Position numbers and translations under genes: made by a program. The notes under the pieces were generated by a model. It did no database searches and was not told where the DNA came from. It saw nothing but the letters and a program-made list of their open reading frames with translations. Below, piece after piece: positions 27,623-38,145 of a stretch of 64,000 bases of DNA. This DNA comes from Clostridia bacterium. GTDB taxonomy: Bacteria; Bacillota; Clostridia; Oscillospirales; CAG-272. The DNA lies in contig JAFUOH010000003.1 of assembly GCA_017482055.1 (NCBI GenBank), positions 91,703-155,702 of the forward strand, in the 5' to 3' direction. Position 1 is the first letter of the stretch. Every line of letters starts with the position of its first letter.

Positions 27623-28003
27623 ATGATAAAATACTGCGGAGTTGCGCTGTGTACACTGGCGGCGGTGCTTATACTGCGCGGACAAAAAAGCGAATTTGCG
27701 GGATATGTGAGTCTTGCGGCATCGGTGATACTGCTCGGTGCGGCGATAACCACGTTTTTGCCGATTTTTGAGTACATAAAAGGCATCGTTTCGGGGACGA
27801 GCTTCGGAAGTTACCTTGAAACTCTTGCCAAGGCGCTTGGAATAACACTTGCCGTACAGCTTGCGGCGGAGATCTGCCGCGATTCGGGTGAAGCGGCACT
27901 CGCTTCGAAGTTAGAGCTGATCGGTAAGGCGGAGGTACTGCTTTTGTGCCTGCCGCTGATAAGTGAGCTTATAAAGCTTGCCGCGGAGCTTATGCAGATA
28001 TGA
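27623..28003 (+). CDS. spoIIIAD: Stage III sporulation protein AD
   Basis: 126-aa four-TM protein. ALGITLAVQLAAEICRDSGEAALASKLELIGK matches the SpoIIIAD pattern. Confidence 0.9.
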   Translation: MIKYCGVALCTLAAVLILRGQKSEFAGYVSLAASVILLGAAITTFLPIFEYIKGIVSGTSFGSYLETLAKALGITLAVQLAAEICRDSGEAALASKLELIGKAEVLLLCLPLISELIKLAAELMQI

Positions 28004-29145
28004 GGTATATACGGATGTTTGCCGTATTGTCGGCGGTTTTGATATGGTTTGTGCTCCCTCTTCGTGCCGCTTATACCGAGAATGATGTATCAGCAGAGCT
28101 TTACAGCGTCGATGAGTTTGATGTGGAGTCCGTGATGGATTCACTTCCCGATACGGTACGGCAAAATCTGCCCGAGGGAGATATATTTGCAGCCGAGGGC
28201 TTTTCGGAGGCATTTTCGGCGGATTACTTCTTTTCGCTTATAAAAAGTGCTGTTTCTGCCGCGCTGTCCCCTATGATCAAAACTATGTCACTTACGTTGG
28301 GGCTTGTGCTGATCTCCTCGGCGCTGTCGGCATTGAAGGATGTACTGCGCTCGGACTCGCTTTCGGCACTGTTTGAATTTGTGTCAGGGCTTTGTATCAT
28401 GCTTACGTTGTACGGCAGCGTTTCTTCACTTGTGGAAGCGGTTCGTGTGTATCTCACGCAGCTATCAACTGTAATAAGCGCCATGGTTCCCGTGATGATT
28501 GCCATAGGTACTGCCGGTGGCAGCATCAGCGCTTCTACCGTGTCGGCAAATGCGATGATGCTGGGAGTTGCGTTTGTGGAAACTCTTGCGGCGAACGGGC
28601 TGTTTCCGGTATTACAGCTCTGCTTTGGACTGGCGGTCGCATCGGGTATGGGCGGCGGGCTGAAGCTCGGTGGAATAACAAAATTGATTCGAGGGACTTT
28701 TACTTGGATCCTCGGACTCATTTCCGCAGTGATCTCGGCGGTTATGACCTTCCAAAGCTCCATTGCTTTTCGCGCCGACAGTCTGTCCATGCGCGCAGTA
28801 CGGTTTGCCACCGCTAAAGCCGTACCTGTGGTGGGAGATATTGCAAGCGGTGCCGTTTCGGCGGTGGCGGGGAGTCTGAGCCTTGTCAAAAGTACGGTGG
28901 GCTGGGTCGGTGTTATTATCATTGCTGTGATGACTCTTCCCGTGATCGTGAGTATTATCATGACGCGGCTCGGAGTAACGGTGTCATGCACGGCGGCGGA
29001 TGTGATCGGACTTGAGCGCGAGAAGGGGATTTTGTCCGAAATGTGCGGGCTGCTGGGATTTTTAGCGGCGGTCTGTGTTATAGCGGCGCTGATGTTTGTG
29101 TATGCGCTGGCGTTGTTTGCCAAAAGCGCCGCAGCACTTGCTTAG
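28000..29145 (+). CDS. spoIIIAE: Stage III sporulation protein AE
   Basis: 381-aa polytopic membrane protein with a signal peptide, an ATGA overlap with spoIIIAD, and the canonical position. Confidence 0.88.
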   Translation: MRYIRMFAVLSAVLIWFVLPLRAAYTENDVSAELYSVDEFDVESVMDSLPDTVRQNLPEGDIFAAEGFSEAFSADYFFSLIKSAVSAALSPMIKTMSLTLGLVLISSALSALKDVLRSDSLSALFEFVSGLCIMLTLYGSVSSLVEAVRVYLTQLSTVISAMVPVMIAIGTAGGSISASTVSANAMMLGVAFVETLAANGLFPVLQLCFGLAVASGMGGGLKLGGITKLIRGTFTWILGLISAVISAVMTFQSSIAFRADSLSMRAVRFATAKAVPVVGDIASGAVSAVAGSLSLVKSTVGWVGVIIIAVMTLPVIVSIIMTRLGVTVSCTAADVIGLEREKGILSEMCGLLGFLAAVCVIAALMFVYALALFAKSAAALA

Positions 29146-29154
29146 GGAGAAAAG

Positions 29155-29583
29155 ATGAACGAAATCAAAGGTTTTATAATATCGCTGGTCAGCGCCGCAG
29201 CCGCATCTGCGCTTATCGAAGGCTTTGTGCCCGATGGCGGCTTGAAGAAATATGTCAGATATCTGACGGCGCTTGTCATATTGCTGGTGCTTGTCTCACC
29301 GCTCGGTAAGCTTATCGGCATGCTGCCTTCCCTTGTGGCGGCGGAGGGATTTTCCTACGACAGCGTGGATGCACTCTCTCGTGCAAATTCCATTGTGGCA
29401 CTGCATATCGAAAAGGCGCTATGTGAGAAGTTTTCTGTGGCGGATGCGGACATTGAGGCAAAATTTGACGGGGAAAGAATAATCGTTCGCACTGTGCATG
29501 TGCCGTGGTTGTTTGAGGAGGATATAATTCTTTATATCGCGAATAATTTCGGAGTGGAAGCGGAGGTGAGCTTTTATGAGTGA
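29155..29583 (+). CDS. spoIIIAF: Stage III sporulation protein AF
   Basis: 142 aa with two N-terminal TM helices (IKGFIISLVSAAAASALIEGF..YLTALVILLVLVSPL), in the canonical position. Confidence 0.8.
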   Translation: MNEIKGFIISLVSAAAASALIEGFVPDGGLKKYVRYLTALVILLVLVSPLGKLIGMLPSLVAAEGFSYDSVDALSRANSIVALHIEKALCEKFSVADADIEAKFDGERIIVRTVHVPWLFEEDIILYIANNFGVEAEVSFYE

Positions 29584-30082
29584 GGAGCACGGCGGATTTG
29601 GGCGTATAAGCATATTACTGCGTGAAAAAAAGAGTTTATGGCTCATCGCGGCGGCACTTATACTCGGTGTGTGTCTGATGCTGTTGGGCGGTAAGGATGA
29701 TGATACGGCAGTAGCGACGTCGGTAGGAGTCAGTGAGCTCACGGACACAAGCACGCTTGAAACCAAAGTTAAAGAGCTGTGTGAGCGGATTGGCGGGGTG
29801 TCGGATGTATCGGTAATGATAACGCTCGATACTCTCGGGGAACAGCTCTATGCGTACAACACTCAGAAGAGCTATGATGGGGATGTCGGCAGTGAACGGC
29901 TTGAATATGTCACCACCTCGCAGGGCGTCGTACCAATGGGGGAGGTGATGCCGCAGGTACGGGGAATCGCGGTAGTATGCACAGGCGGTGACGATGCGGG
30001 GATAAAGCTTAAGTTAACCGAGCTTTTATGTGCACTTTTTTCGGTGCCGTCGAGCTCGGTCAGCATAGTGGGCGGAAAATAA
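29576..30082 (+). CDS. spoIIIAG: Stage III sporulation protein AG (ring-building-motif protein)
   Basis: 168 aa. It has an N-terminal TM helix, and the C-terminal segment VRGIAVVCTGGDDAGIKLKLTELLCALFSVPSSSVSI is typical of SpoIIIAG. Confidence 0.85.
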   Translation: MSEEHGGFGRISILLREKKSLWLIAAALILGVCLMLLGGKDDDTAVATSVGVSELTDTSTLETKVKELCERIGGVSDVSVMITLDTLGEQLYAYNTQKSYDGDVGSERLEYVTTSQGVVPMGEVMPQVRGIAVVCTGGDDAGIKLKLTELLCALFSVPSSSVSIVGGK

Positions 30083-30154
30083 TTGTTGGCTTGCATAAAC
30101 ATGGATAGTGCGGCATATTTATGTAACACATTTATTTATGAAAGGGGAAACATA

Positions 30155-30793
30155 ATGGACGAAAATATCATGCATGAAACAGATGAGGAAGTCGGTGCTG
30201 AGCTTATATGTGCCGAGACGGAGAGCCGCTTTGCCCGTGGCGTGAAAAAAGTGAAAAGCGCGGCAGCAAAGATCGGTACGCGCAATATTGTGGTCATCTG
30301 CTCCGTATTATTGATAGGAGTGGCGGTGATACTCAATTTTGTTCTATTTGGAAATTCACAGCCCGTGGTGGGAGAGGGCGATCTGCTGGGGACGGGACTT
30401 ACCGATGATGAAGGTAACGATGCGACGTATGTAAATGACACTTACTTTGCCTCGGCGCAGCTCTCTCGCAAGCAGGCGCGTGATCAGGCGCTTGCCGTGC
30501 TTCAGACCGTGGTTGACAGCGTAAGCGCCGATGCCACCGCCAAGGAGCAGGCTTCAAACGACATCAGCCGCATTGCGTCTGAGATACAGATAGAATCCAA
30601 CATCGAGACTCTTATCAAATCCAAGGGATTTGAGGACTGTGTAGCGGTCATTGGTGAGGGCAGTGCCAGCATCATCGTCCGCTCGGACGGTTTACTTCCG
30701 AATGAGCTGTCTCAGATTAAGGAGATTGTCTACGAGCACGCGGGCATCGATCCGGTAAGCATCAAGATCATCGAGCAGAGCACAGAAGCATAA
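30155..30793 (+). CDS. spoIIIAH: Stage III sporulation protein AH
   Basis: The start is set to ATG 30155 after AAAGGGGA. It has a TM helix (IVVICSVLLIGVAVILNFVLF) followed by YFASAQLSRKQARDQALAVLQTV, the SpoIIIAH/YscJ-like pattern. Confidence 0.8.
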   Translation: MDENIMHETDEEVGAELICAETESRFARGVKKVKSAAAKIGTRNIVVICSVLLIGVAVILNFVLFGNSQPVVGEGDLLGTGLTDDEGNDATYVNDTYFASAQLSRKQARDQALAVLQTVVDSVSADATAKEQASNDISRIASEIQIESNIETLIKSKGFEDCVAVIGEGSASIIVRSDGLLPNELSQIKEIVYEHAGIDPVSIKIIEQSTEA

Positions 30794-30804
30794 CACATTG
30801 ACAT

Positions 30805-30845
30805 GAAAAAATCGCTTTTGACGCAAAGTCAAAAGCGATTTTTCG
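30805..30845. terminator. Bidirectional terminator between spoIIIAH (+) and the GH78 gene (-)
   Basis: Perfect 12-bp stem ATCGCTTTTGAC / GTCAAAAGCGAT flanked by AAAAAA and TTTTT. Confidence 0.85.
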
Positions 30846-33227
30846 TTATCTTTCGGAGGTAAGCCGCTTACAATCGTGCTTGTTCTCGCGAATAAGGCGG
30901 AAAGTGACCGTACCCTTGGGGACGCGCCAGGTGAAGCCGTCCTCGGTCTGCCAGCCGGGCTCAAGACAAAGCTCCGCACTGACACCTGCGGGAACGGTGA
31001 TGGTGTAGAGGATATCCTCGCCGTCGCGGTGCCATTCTGCCGTTACATCTCCGCCCGCTGTGTTGACGGTTGCCGTGGCATTATCCAGTGCGTCGATGAA
31101 CTTCGGCGCGAAGCGTACCTCTGCTGCATTTTCAAGTCGGGGATTTACGTTGATACCCGCAAGATGCATCACGAACCAGCCCAGTATATGGCTGTGGAGA
31201 TGGTGATTCAACGAATCGGGCACACCCTCGGCGGGAAGGAAGGCTTCCCACATTCCCGTGGCGCCGTTCTTTATCCAGTTCCCGTAAGACGGGTATTCGG
31301 GACGGGTGATCATCTTGTATGCAAGATCGGTTCTGCCGAAGTCGGAGAGTACGTGGAAGATTACGCGAAGACCGATCATGCCGCAGTCGATAAACTCCCC
31401 GTCGTCTTCAATGAGCTGTACGAGCTGTGTGAATGCTGCCTGCTTTTCGGCCTCGTCAAAGATATCGTAGGCGATGGAGACCGCCTGAGTGGTCTGACAG
31501 CGATCCTTTGAGGTGAGCGTGCTTGTGTTTATGTGATATTTGCGAAGTGCGGTGCGCAGTTCATCCGCGATGGTATTGGCAAATGCCATTTGCGCATTCA
31601 TACCAAGAACTTCGAATATCTTTGCCGCCTTGCGGCAGAGATCTATGCACATTGCAGTATCGGTAAACTCCACAGAGGACTGATGATCGCTTCCTCCGCG
31701 TCTCGCAGCGGGTTTCCAGTCACCGAGTCCCATACAGAGCAGCCCGCGGGAGTCGCGTTTAAGGGAGATGTAGTTGATATAGCGCAGTATCGCGGTGGCA
31801 TTTTCCTTGAGAATTTCCACATCTCCGCGATACAGCCAAACGTAATATGGAATGTACACGATAATGCGCTCGGAGATGGGACCGCTTCCCCACTCATAGC
31901 CCCAGGAGGTGGTGGGGATTATACCGGGAAGGTGACCATCATCCTGCATCGCCGCTCGGATATTACGCATCCATTCACGGTAGTTGCGCTCTGCGGTGTA
32001 TATCATTGTCACATGCTCCGCCGAGCTTGCAGCGTCGTTTGCCCAGCCTAACTTTTCGCGGTGCGGGCAGTCTGTGGGGTAATGATAGAAGTTGGAGGTG
32101 ATGGAGTTCAGACCGATCTCCCACAGTGCATTTACGGTCTCATCGGAGCAGGAGAAGTCGGCACGTTTCTTTATATCGGTGTTCATCACGATCATAGTAA
32201 GCAGCTCGGGAGTCGCCTGAGAATCATCGATGCCATTTATCAGTATGTAGCGGTAGCCGAAATAAGTGAAAGTGGGGGTATACACCTCGTCACCGCCCTT
32301 GCAGGTGTAGATGATGCGATGGTCAAATCTTGGCGGCAGGAACATCATTGCGCGTTCATCAAGTCCGCCGTCGTCCATAAGCTTTTCGCCGAACTGCATG
32401 ACCAGCTTCTGACCGGGCTTTGCATTCTTTATATGCAGGCGCACAATACCCGCCGTAGTGATGCCAAAGTCGTAGAGGTAACCACCGTCAACATTTTCAT
32501 CCTCGGGAATATGGAAATATTCCTCCGTGTCGAAATCGGTGAACATTCTCTGCTTGGCGGTAAACCACTCGGATACCTTACCGTCAGAGGTAATGGAAAC
32601 AGGCTTTATCTCGCGGGTCGGGAGTATGGGGTCAATGTCCGCAAGACGTGGCTCGCCTCTGGGAGTGTCTGCGGGGATAGGAGTCTGCCATGCAGAGTCG
32701 TCGAATGAGACAGTGTTCCAGCCTGCAAGCTCCCTGCGTGCGTCGTAGTGCTCACCCGAGCGCAGATCGTCAAACAAAATAGGCGAGGGTGCGCATTTGA
32801 AACCTTCGGATGCATCAAATTCCATCTTTACGCCGTCCTCAGTCTCGGCTTCGAAGCAGAGAGCGAGCTTTGGAGCGCTGCGGTAAGGAGTTTTTTGAAG
32901 ATCCCATACCTGTCCGCCGAGAGAATTGAGCTGACCGTTGCCGAGCAGTAGTCCGATGACATTTTTGCCCTCGGAAAGATAAGGCGCGAGGTCGTAGTTG
33001 TCGTAATAGAGATAATGGTCGGGATTTGAAATGTAGGTCGAGAGATATCCCTTGGTTATACGCGTGCCATTGATATAAAGCTCGTAAAAACCAAGGCCGC
33101 ATACGGTCAGCTCGGCTTTTTTTATCTTGTCAAGCGTAAGCTCTCGGCGAAAATAAGGCGCAGGTATCTCCTTCCTGAGGGTGGAATATTCCTTTGAAGC
33201 GCTGATGAAGGTGGTGGAGAATTTCAT
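30846..33227 (-). CDS. Glycoside hydrolase family 78 alpha-L-rhamnosidase, cytoplasmic
   Basis: 793 aa. The N-terminal segment APYFRRELTLDKIKKAELTVCGLGFYELYINGTRITKGYLS matches the bacterial rhamnosidase N-domain pattern. There is no signal peptide. Confidence 0.7.
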   Translation of the reverse strand: MKFSTTFISASKEYSTLRKEIPAPYFRRELTLDKIKKAELTVCGLGFYELYINGTRITKGYLSTYISNPDHYLYYDNYDLAPYLSEGKNVIGLLLGNGQLNSLGGQVWDLQKTPYRSAPKLALCFEAETEDGVKMEFDASEGFKCAPSPILFDDLRSGEHYDARRELAGWNTVSFDDSAWQTPIPADTPRGEPRLADIDPILPTREIKPVSITSDGKVSEWFTAKQRMFTDFDTEEYFHIPEDENVDGGYLYDFGITTAGIVRLHIKNAKPGQKLVMQFGEKLMDDGGLDERAMMFLPPRFDHRIIYTCKGGDEVYTPTFTYFGYRYILINGIDDSQATPELLTMIVMNTDIKKRADFSCSDETVNALWEIGLNSITSNFYHYPTDCPHREKLGWANDAASSAEHVTMIYTAERNYREWMRNIRAAMQDDGHLPGIIPTTSWGYEWGSGPISERIIVYIPYYVWLYRGDVEILKENATAILRYINYISLKRDSRGLLCMGLGDWKPAARRGGSDHQSSVEFTDTAMCIDLCRKAAKIFEVLGMNAQMAFANTIADELRTALRKYHINTSTLTSKDRCQTTQAVSIAYDIFDEAEKQAAFTQLVQLIEDDGEFIDCGMIGLRVIFHVLSDFGRTDLAYKMITRPEYPSYGNWIKNGATGMWEAFLPAEGVPDSLNHHLHSHILGWFVMHLAGINVNPRLENAAEVRFAPKFIDALDNATATVNTAGGDVTAEWHRDGEDILYTITVPAGVSAELCLEPGWQTEDGFTWRVPKGTVTFRLIRENKHDCKRLTSER

Positions 33228-33248
33228 ATTGCATGATCCTTTCGGTTT

Positions 33249-34085
33249 TTATTCGTTATTTTCGATTACGGCGATCGTTTCGGGCAAAAACGCGGGATTT
33301 TTTGAATATGCTGCAAGGCGCGCCCAAATAAACAGCGCAAAGACTGCTTCGACGGCGTAGCGCATATAGTTATCAGAGGCTCCGATGGAGAGACTATCCG
33401 AGAACAGCAGATTCGGTACGGCTGAGGTGAAAAGCAGGATGGGGGCTACCGATGCGGCTGCAAGGTAGAATCGGTGGGATGTGATACCAAGCTGATTTCG
33501 AGCTTCGCTGAGGAAATATATCATAGCCGCCAGCAGTGCAAGTTCACCGAGAACCTTGTTCGGAGATGTCATGAGAGTAGTATTATCAAAATAGATGCGG
33601 ATAAGGCACACGGCGCATCGGGCAGTAGGGAAGAACGAGGTAACGGCAAGCGCAAGCGAACGCTTTCCCTTCGAGCGTGTAAGCCCGAGAAAATACATTA
33701 TCGAGGGAACGGAAAAGCACAGCTCAAGAATATCGAACACGGAGGGCTCGGTATTTGCAAGTATTATATTATATAATGAAAGAAACAGCTCGAAGATCAA
33801 AAGAAACGCAGCGGCGCAGGAGGCAAATACCGTAAAGTCTGAGACGGGAATGATATAATCACCGTCGCGCGCGGGCGCTTTGATAACTGCAGTGACACAG
33901 AGGGCGATGCACGCAACAGCCAATATAATATGGTAGATATTCGGTAAAACCGTACCGTGACTGTATACACCGTACCGGACATCGATAGATGTAAGGGTAA
34001 GAATGCTGCGCAGGATGACAGACAGTAATGCCGTGCCTGCACTAACTGCAAGGAGCATTATCGGGAATTTTTCAAAACGTTTCAT
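33249..34085 (-). CDS. Hypothetical polytopic membrane protein (about 7-8 TM)
   Basis: 278-aa hydrophobic ORF lying 21 nt upstream of, and co-directional with, the GH78 gene. I recognise no family. Confidence 0.5.
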   Translation of the reverse strand: MKRFEKFPIMLLAVSAGTALLSVILRSILTLTSIDVRYGVYSHGTVLPNIYHIILAVACIALCVTAVIKAPARDGDYIIPVSDFTVFASCAAAFLLIFELFLSLYNIILANTEPSVFDILELCFSVPSIMYFLGLTRSKGKRSLALAVTSFFPTARCAVCLIRIYFDNTTLMTSPNKVLGELALLAAMIYFLSEARNQLGITSHRFYLAAASVAPILLFTSAVPNLLFSDSLSIGASDNYMRYAVEAVFALFIWARLAAYSKNPAFLPETIAVIENNE

Positions 34086-34295
34086 AAAAACCGTCCTTTT
34101 GAAGATTTATTACGTATGTATTATAGCGCACATATGTGAAGAAGATATTAACAAATTGCGGGTAATTGAAAAAATATCCTCCATAGGCGGATAAAGTTGC
34201 ATTTCGTGTATATACTATACAATATGCACAAAAATCATCGCGGAAATTCTACAAATATTTCTTTTTGGAGATGGTGCGAAAATCTTTAAAATCTA

Positions 34296-34324
34296 TTGAC
34301 AAATTTGAAATTATGTAGTATACT
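34296..34324 (+). promoter_or_regulatory. Sigma-A-type promoter of the S10 operon
   Basis: TTGACA, a 17-nt spacer, then TATACT. Confidence 0.65.
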
Positions 34325-34589
34325 ATAGGAGTTGACGTGCGTTTAATGGCGGGAGGTTGCAACAAGGCAGTATACGAAGCCTGCTTTCGTTGGGTAATTT
34401 CCGCCGGAGTATGTCCGATATTTAACCGGGCGTTGTCAATCAGGCATTTGTGCTGTATGTTTCTATGCTTCGCATACCCGCGTTTTTCTCGTTACGAGTT
34501 AGTGCGGTTTTTGTATGGGAAGCGAGGAAACACCCGACACAGTGTTTGAACAAAACCGCCCTCCAATTACTAAAAAGGAGGCAAAAGCA
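34325..34589 (+). promoter_or_regulatory. Long (about 260 nt) 5' leader of the S10 operon with an attenuator-like hairpin
   Basis: There is no credible CDS between the promoter and the rpsJ ATG at 34590. The hairpin CCGC..CTCG-TTA-CGAG..GCGG followed by TTTTTG lies at 34478-34512. Confidence 0.35.
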
Positions 34590-34901
34590 ATGGCAGTCAA
34601 GGAAAAGATCAGAATTCGTCTGAAAAGCTACGATCACACTTTAGTCGATCAGGCTGCTCAGAAGATCGTTGAGACCGCTAAGAGAAACGGCGCAGCTGTT
34701 TCCGGTCCGATCCCGCTCCCTACCGAGAAGGAGATCGTTACGATCCTTCGTGCTGTTCACAAGTATAAGGACAGCCGCGAGCAGTTCGAGCTGAGAACTC
34801 ACAAGAGACTCATCGACGTAGTGAAGCCCTCGCAGAAGACAGTCGAAGCTCTGATGGGACTTGAATTACCCGCCGGCGTTGAGATAGAGATCAAGCTCTA
34901 A
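34590..34901 (+). CDS. rpsJ: 30S ribosomal protein S10
   Basis: [48 protein letters not shown] 34590 follows AAGGAGG. The ORF-track start at 34515 is an upstream in-frame artefact. Confidence 0.97.
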   Translation: MAVKEKIRIRLKSYDHTLVDQAAQKIVETAKRNGAAVSGPIPLPTEKEIVTILRAVHKYKDSREQFELRTHKRLIDVVKPSQKTVEALMGLELPAGVEIEIKL

Positions 34902-35002
34902 TCCCATACGGCAGCTCGAAAGAGCAAACCAAAGGTCATGTTGGCGTAATCGCGCAAGCGAAAATTCAAAGCGTCAACCAATAATCTTAGGAGGAAAACA
35001 AA

Positions 35003-35635
35003 ATGAAGAAAGCCATTATCGGCAAGAAGATCGGTATGACTCAGATCTTCGACGAGATCGGAAATGTAATTCCGGTAACCGTTATCGAAGCCGGCCCTTG
35101 TGCTGTAGTTCAGAAGAAGACCGCAGAAAATGACGGTTATGACGCAGTTCAGCTCGGATTCGGCGGAGTCAAGGAAAAGCACATGACCAAAGCTGAGATC
35201 GGTCATTTCAAAAAAGCGGGTGTTGATAACAAGAAGCACCTGAAGGAGTTCCGTCTTGAGGACGCAGCTTCCATGAATGTCGGTGACGTGATTACCGCCG
35301 ATACCTTCGCCGCAGGCGAGAAGGTCGATGTAACCGGTACATCCAAGGGTCACGGCTATTCGGGCGTTGTTAAGAGATGGGGTCAGCATCAGATGCGTAT
35401 GACTCACGGTAACGGTCCTGTTCACCGTCACATCGGTTCCGTAGGTATGAACTCCACACCTTCGAGAATCCAGAAGAACAAGCACATGCCCGGTCAGTAC
35501 GGTAACGTTAAGTCCACCGTTCTGAATCTGGAAGTAGTAAAGATCGATGCGGAAAAGAATATTATCGCAGTCAAGGGTGCTGTTCCCGGTTCCCGCGGCA
35601 ACATCGTATTTATCCGCGATTCTGTAAAAGCATAA
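35003..35635 (+). CDS. rplC: 50S ribosomal protein L3
   Basis: [27 protein letters not shown].. and conserved operon order. Confidence 0.97.
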   Translation: MKKAIIGKKIGMTQIFDEIGNVIPVTVIEAGPCAVVQKKTAENDGYDAVQLGFGGVKEKHMTKAEIGHFKKAGVDNKKHLKEFRLEDAASMNVGDVITADTFAAGEKVDVTGTSKGHGYSGVVKRWGQHQMRMTHGNGPVHRHIGSVGMNSTPSRIQKNKHMPGQYGNVKSTVLNLEVVKIDAEKNIIAVKGAVPGSRGNIVFIRDSVKA

Positions 35636-35656
35636 GCGGAAGGAGGAAACATCACT

Positions 35657-36280
35657 ATGCCTAACATGAAAGTTATGGATATGGCAGGCAAGGAAGTAGG
35701 CGAGATCAGCCTTTCCGATGCTGTATTCGGCGCAGAGGTAAACAGTGCGGTTCTCCACATCGCTGTTAAGTCTTACCTCGCTAATCAGAGACAGGGTACA
35801 CAGTCTACCAAGACCCGCTCCGAGGTTTCCGGCGGCGGCAAGAAGCCCTGGAAGCAGAAGGGTACCGGTCATGCAAGACAGGGTTCTACCCGTTCTCCTC
35901 AGTGGACTCACGGCGGTATCGCTCTCGGCCCCAAGCCCAGAAGCTACCGTTTTGAGATCAACAAGAAGGTTAAGAGAATCGCTCTCCAGAGCGCATTTTC
36001 CTCTAAGGTCGCAGACGGCGATATGATCGTTGTTGATTCCATCGCGACCGCAGAGTACAAGACCAAGACCATGGTCAACATGCTCAAGGCTCTCGGCAGC
36101 GAGAAGAAGGCTCTCGTAGTCCTCGCTGAAAATGATGCAATGACTGTTAAGAGCATGGCAAACATTCCCGGCGTAAAGACCGCTCTCGTGAACACTCTTA
36201 ATGTTTACGATGTCCTCAACTGCGACAAGTTTATCGTAGCTAAGGCAGCGGCAGAAAAAATGGAGGAGGTGTACGCATAA
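35657..36280 (+). CDS. rplD: 50S ribosomal protein L4
   Basis: QRQGTQSTKTRSEVSGGGKKPWKQKGTGHARQGS is the uL4 signature. Confidence 0.97.
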   Translation: MPNMKVMDMAGKEVGEISLSDAVFGAEVNSAVLHIAVKSYLANQRQGTQSTKTRSEVSGGGKKPWKQKGTGHARQGSTRSPQWTHGGIALGPKPRSYRFEINKKVKRIALQSAFSSKVADGDMIVVDSIATAEYKTKTMVNMLKALGSEKKALVVLAENDAMTVKSMANIPGVKTALVNTLNVYDVLNCDKFIVAKAAAEKMEEVYA

Positions 36281-36573
36281 TGAAGACGGTTCACGATATT
36301 ATTGTAAAGCCGATCATTACCGAAGCCAGCATGGATGCTGCACAGAACAAGAAGTACACCTTCAAGGTAATGGTTGATGCTACCAAGGCTGAGATCGCAG
36401 CAGCGGTTGAAGAGCTTTTCAAGGTTGACGTTGAAAGCGTTAACACCATCAACATGAAGAAGAAGCCCAAGAGACTCGGTTACCATCAGGGTTACACCTC
36501 TGAGTGGAAAAAGGCTATCGTTACTCTGAAGCCCGACTCCAAGACTATCGAGTTCTTCGACGGTATGATGTAA
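36280..36573 (+). CDS. rplW: 50S ribosomal protein L23
   Basis: IVKPIITEASMDAAQNKKYTFKV.. and a TAATG overlap with rplD. Confidence 0.96.
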   Translation: MKTVHDIIVKPIITEASMDAAQNKKYTFKVMVDATKAEIAAAVEELFKVDVESVNTINMKKKPKRLGYHQGYTSEWKKAIVTLKPDSKTIEFFDGMM

Positions 36574-36591
36574 TGAAGGAGGAGTGTTAAA

Positions 36592-37422
36592 ATGTCTACC
36601 AATTTCAAGCCCACTACTCCGTCACTTCGTCACATGAGCGATCCTTCCTTCGCTGAGATCACAAAATTCAGCCCTGAGAAGAAGCTGACTGTAACTCTTA
36701 AGAAGAATGCAGGCCGTAACAGCTACGGTAAGATTACCGTTCGTCACAGAGGCGGCGGAAACAAGCAGAAGTACAGAATCATCGACTTCAAGAGAAATAC
36801 TCTTGATGCTGCCGCTAAGGTAATCGGTATTGAGTACGACCCCAACAGAACTGCTTATATCGCTCTTGTTGAGTATGAAGACGGCACAAGAAGCTACGTC
36901 CTCGCTCCTTCCGGACTTACGGACGGCGACGTAATCTACTCGGGTGCTAACTCCGATATCAAGGTCGGAAACACCCTGCCTATCGCAAATATCCCGGTCG
37001 GTACCGTTATCCACAATATTGAGCTTTATCCCGGTAAGGGCGCTCAGCTCGTTCGCTCCGCAGGCGCAGCTGCACAGCTGATGGCTAAGGAGAACGGCAT
37101 GGCTCAGGTAAGACTTCCCTCGGGCGAGGTTAGAATCGTTCGCCTCGACTGCAAGGCTACCATCGGTCAGGTCGGTAACCTCGAGCATGAGAACGTTAAG
37201 CTCGGTAAAGCAGGTAAGACCCGTCACAGAGGTATTCGTCCTCACGTACGCGGTTCGGTCATGAACCCCTGCGATCACCCCCACGGTGGTGGTGAGGGAC
37301 GTGCTCCCATCGGTCGTCCGACTCCTGTAACTCCTTGGGGCAAGCCTACCAACGGTTACAAGACCAGAAATAAGAAGGCTCGCACCAACAAGTTCATCGT
37401 AAAGTCCAGAAACGGTAAGTAA
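36592..37422 (+). CDS. rplB: 50S ribosomal protein L2
   Basis: [17 protein letters not shown] .. [17 protein letters not shown] is the uL2 signature. Confidence 0.98.
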   Translation: MSTNFKPTTPSLRHMSDPSFAEITKFSPEKKLTVTLKKNAGRNSYGKITVRHRGGGNKQKYRIIDFKRNTLDAAAKVIGIEYDPNRTAYIALVEYEDGTRSYVLAPSGLTDGDVIYSGANSDIKVGNTLPIANIPVGTVIHNIELYPGKGAQLVRSAGAAAQLMAKENGMAQVRLPSGEVRIVRLDCKATIGQVGNLEHENVKLGKAGKTRHRGIRPHVRGSVMNPCDHPHGGGEGRAPIGRPTPVTPWGKPTNGYKTRNKKARTNKFIVKSRNGK

Positions 37423-37440
37423 GAGAAGGAGGCACCAAAT

Positions 37441-37722
37441 ATGAGCAGAAGTCTTAAAAAAGGCCCTTTCGTCGAAAAGAAGCTTTTTGACAGAATCGAA
37501 GCCATGAACGAAAAGAACGAGAAGAAAGTTCTCAAGACATGGTCCCGTGCTTCTACAATCTTCCCGGAATTCGTTGGTCACACGATCGCGGTTCACGACG
37601 GACGTAAGCATGTACCGGTATACGTTACCGAGGACATGGTAGGTCACAAGCTCGGCGAGTTCGCTCCCACCAGAACCTTTAAGGGTCATGCGGGCTCCAA
37701 GACCTCGAACAACGGCAACTGA
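37441..37722 (+). CDS. rpsS: 30S ribosomal protein S19
   Basis: [15 protein letters not shown] .. [38 protein letters not shown]. Confidence 0.98.
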   Translation: MSRSLKKGPFVEKKLFDRIEAMNEKNEKKVLKTWSRASTIFPEFVGHTIAVHDGRKHVPVYVTEDMVGHKLGEFAPTRTFKGHAGSKTSNNGN

Positions 37723-37776
37723 TTGAAGAACTAAAAGTCAAACTGTTTATCGCTTTTTGCGAAGGGAGGAAATAAA

Positions 37777-38121
37777 ATGGAATCCAGAGATGCAAAAGCT
37801 TACCTGAAATATGTAAGAATTTCTCCTCGCAAGGTAAAGATCGTTCTTGACCTTATCAGAGGTAAGGATGTGGCAACTGCAATGGCTATTCTCAAGAATA
37901 CCCCTAAGAGCGCATCCGAGTATCTTATAAAGCTCCTTAAGAGCGCGGTAGCAAATGCTGAACACAATTTCTCTATGGACGCATCGAAGCTTTACGTTTC
38001 CGAGTGCTTCGTATGCCCCGGTCCTACTCTGAAGCGCATTATGCCCAGAGCACAGGGCAGAGCGTTCAGAATCCTGAAGAGAACGAGCCATATTACGCTC
38101 GCAGTTAAGGAAAAAGAATAA
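37777..38121 (+). CDS. rplV: 50S ribosomal protein L22
   Basis: [34 protein letters not shown].. is the uL22 pattern. Confidence 0.97.
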   Translation: MESRDAKAYLKYVRISPRKVKIVLDLIRGKDVATAMAILKNTPKSASEYLIKLLKSAVANAEHNFSMDASKLYVSECFVCPGPTLKRIMPRAQGRAFRILKRTSHITLAVKEKE

Positions 38122-38145
38122 TCCAAGAAGGAGGTCAACCAGTAA

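Noticed and set aside
28224-29123. 299-aa minus-strand ORF inside spoIIIAE
   Set aside because: It is antisense to the polytopic SpoIIIAE gene within a tightly coupled operon. Its composition (T/A/S/P/I-rich) is typical of the reverse frame of a hydrophobic protein.
34898-37689. Long minus-strand ORFs (34898..35911, 337 aa; 36622..37689, 355 aa) opposite rplC/rplD/rplB/rpsS
   Set aside because: They lie fully antisense to unmistakable ribosomal protein genes. Their products are low-complexity (L/V/G/R-rich), and they have no SD or promoter. These are shadow ORFs caused by codon bias.
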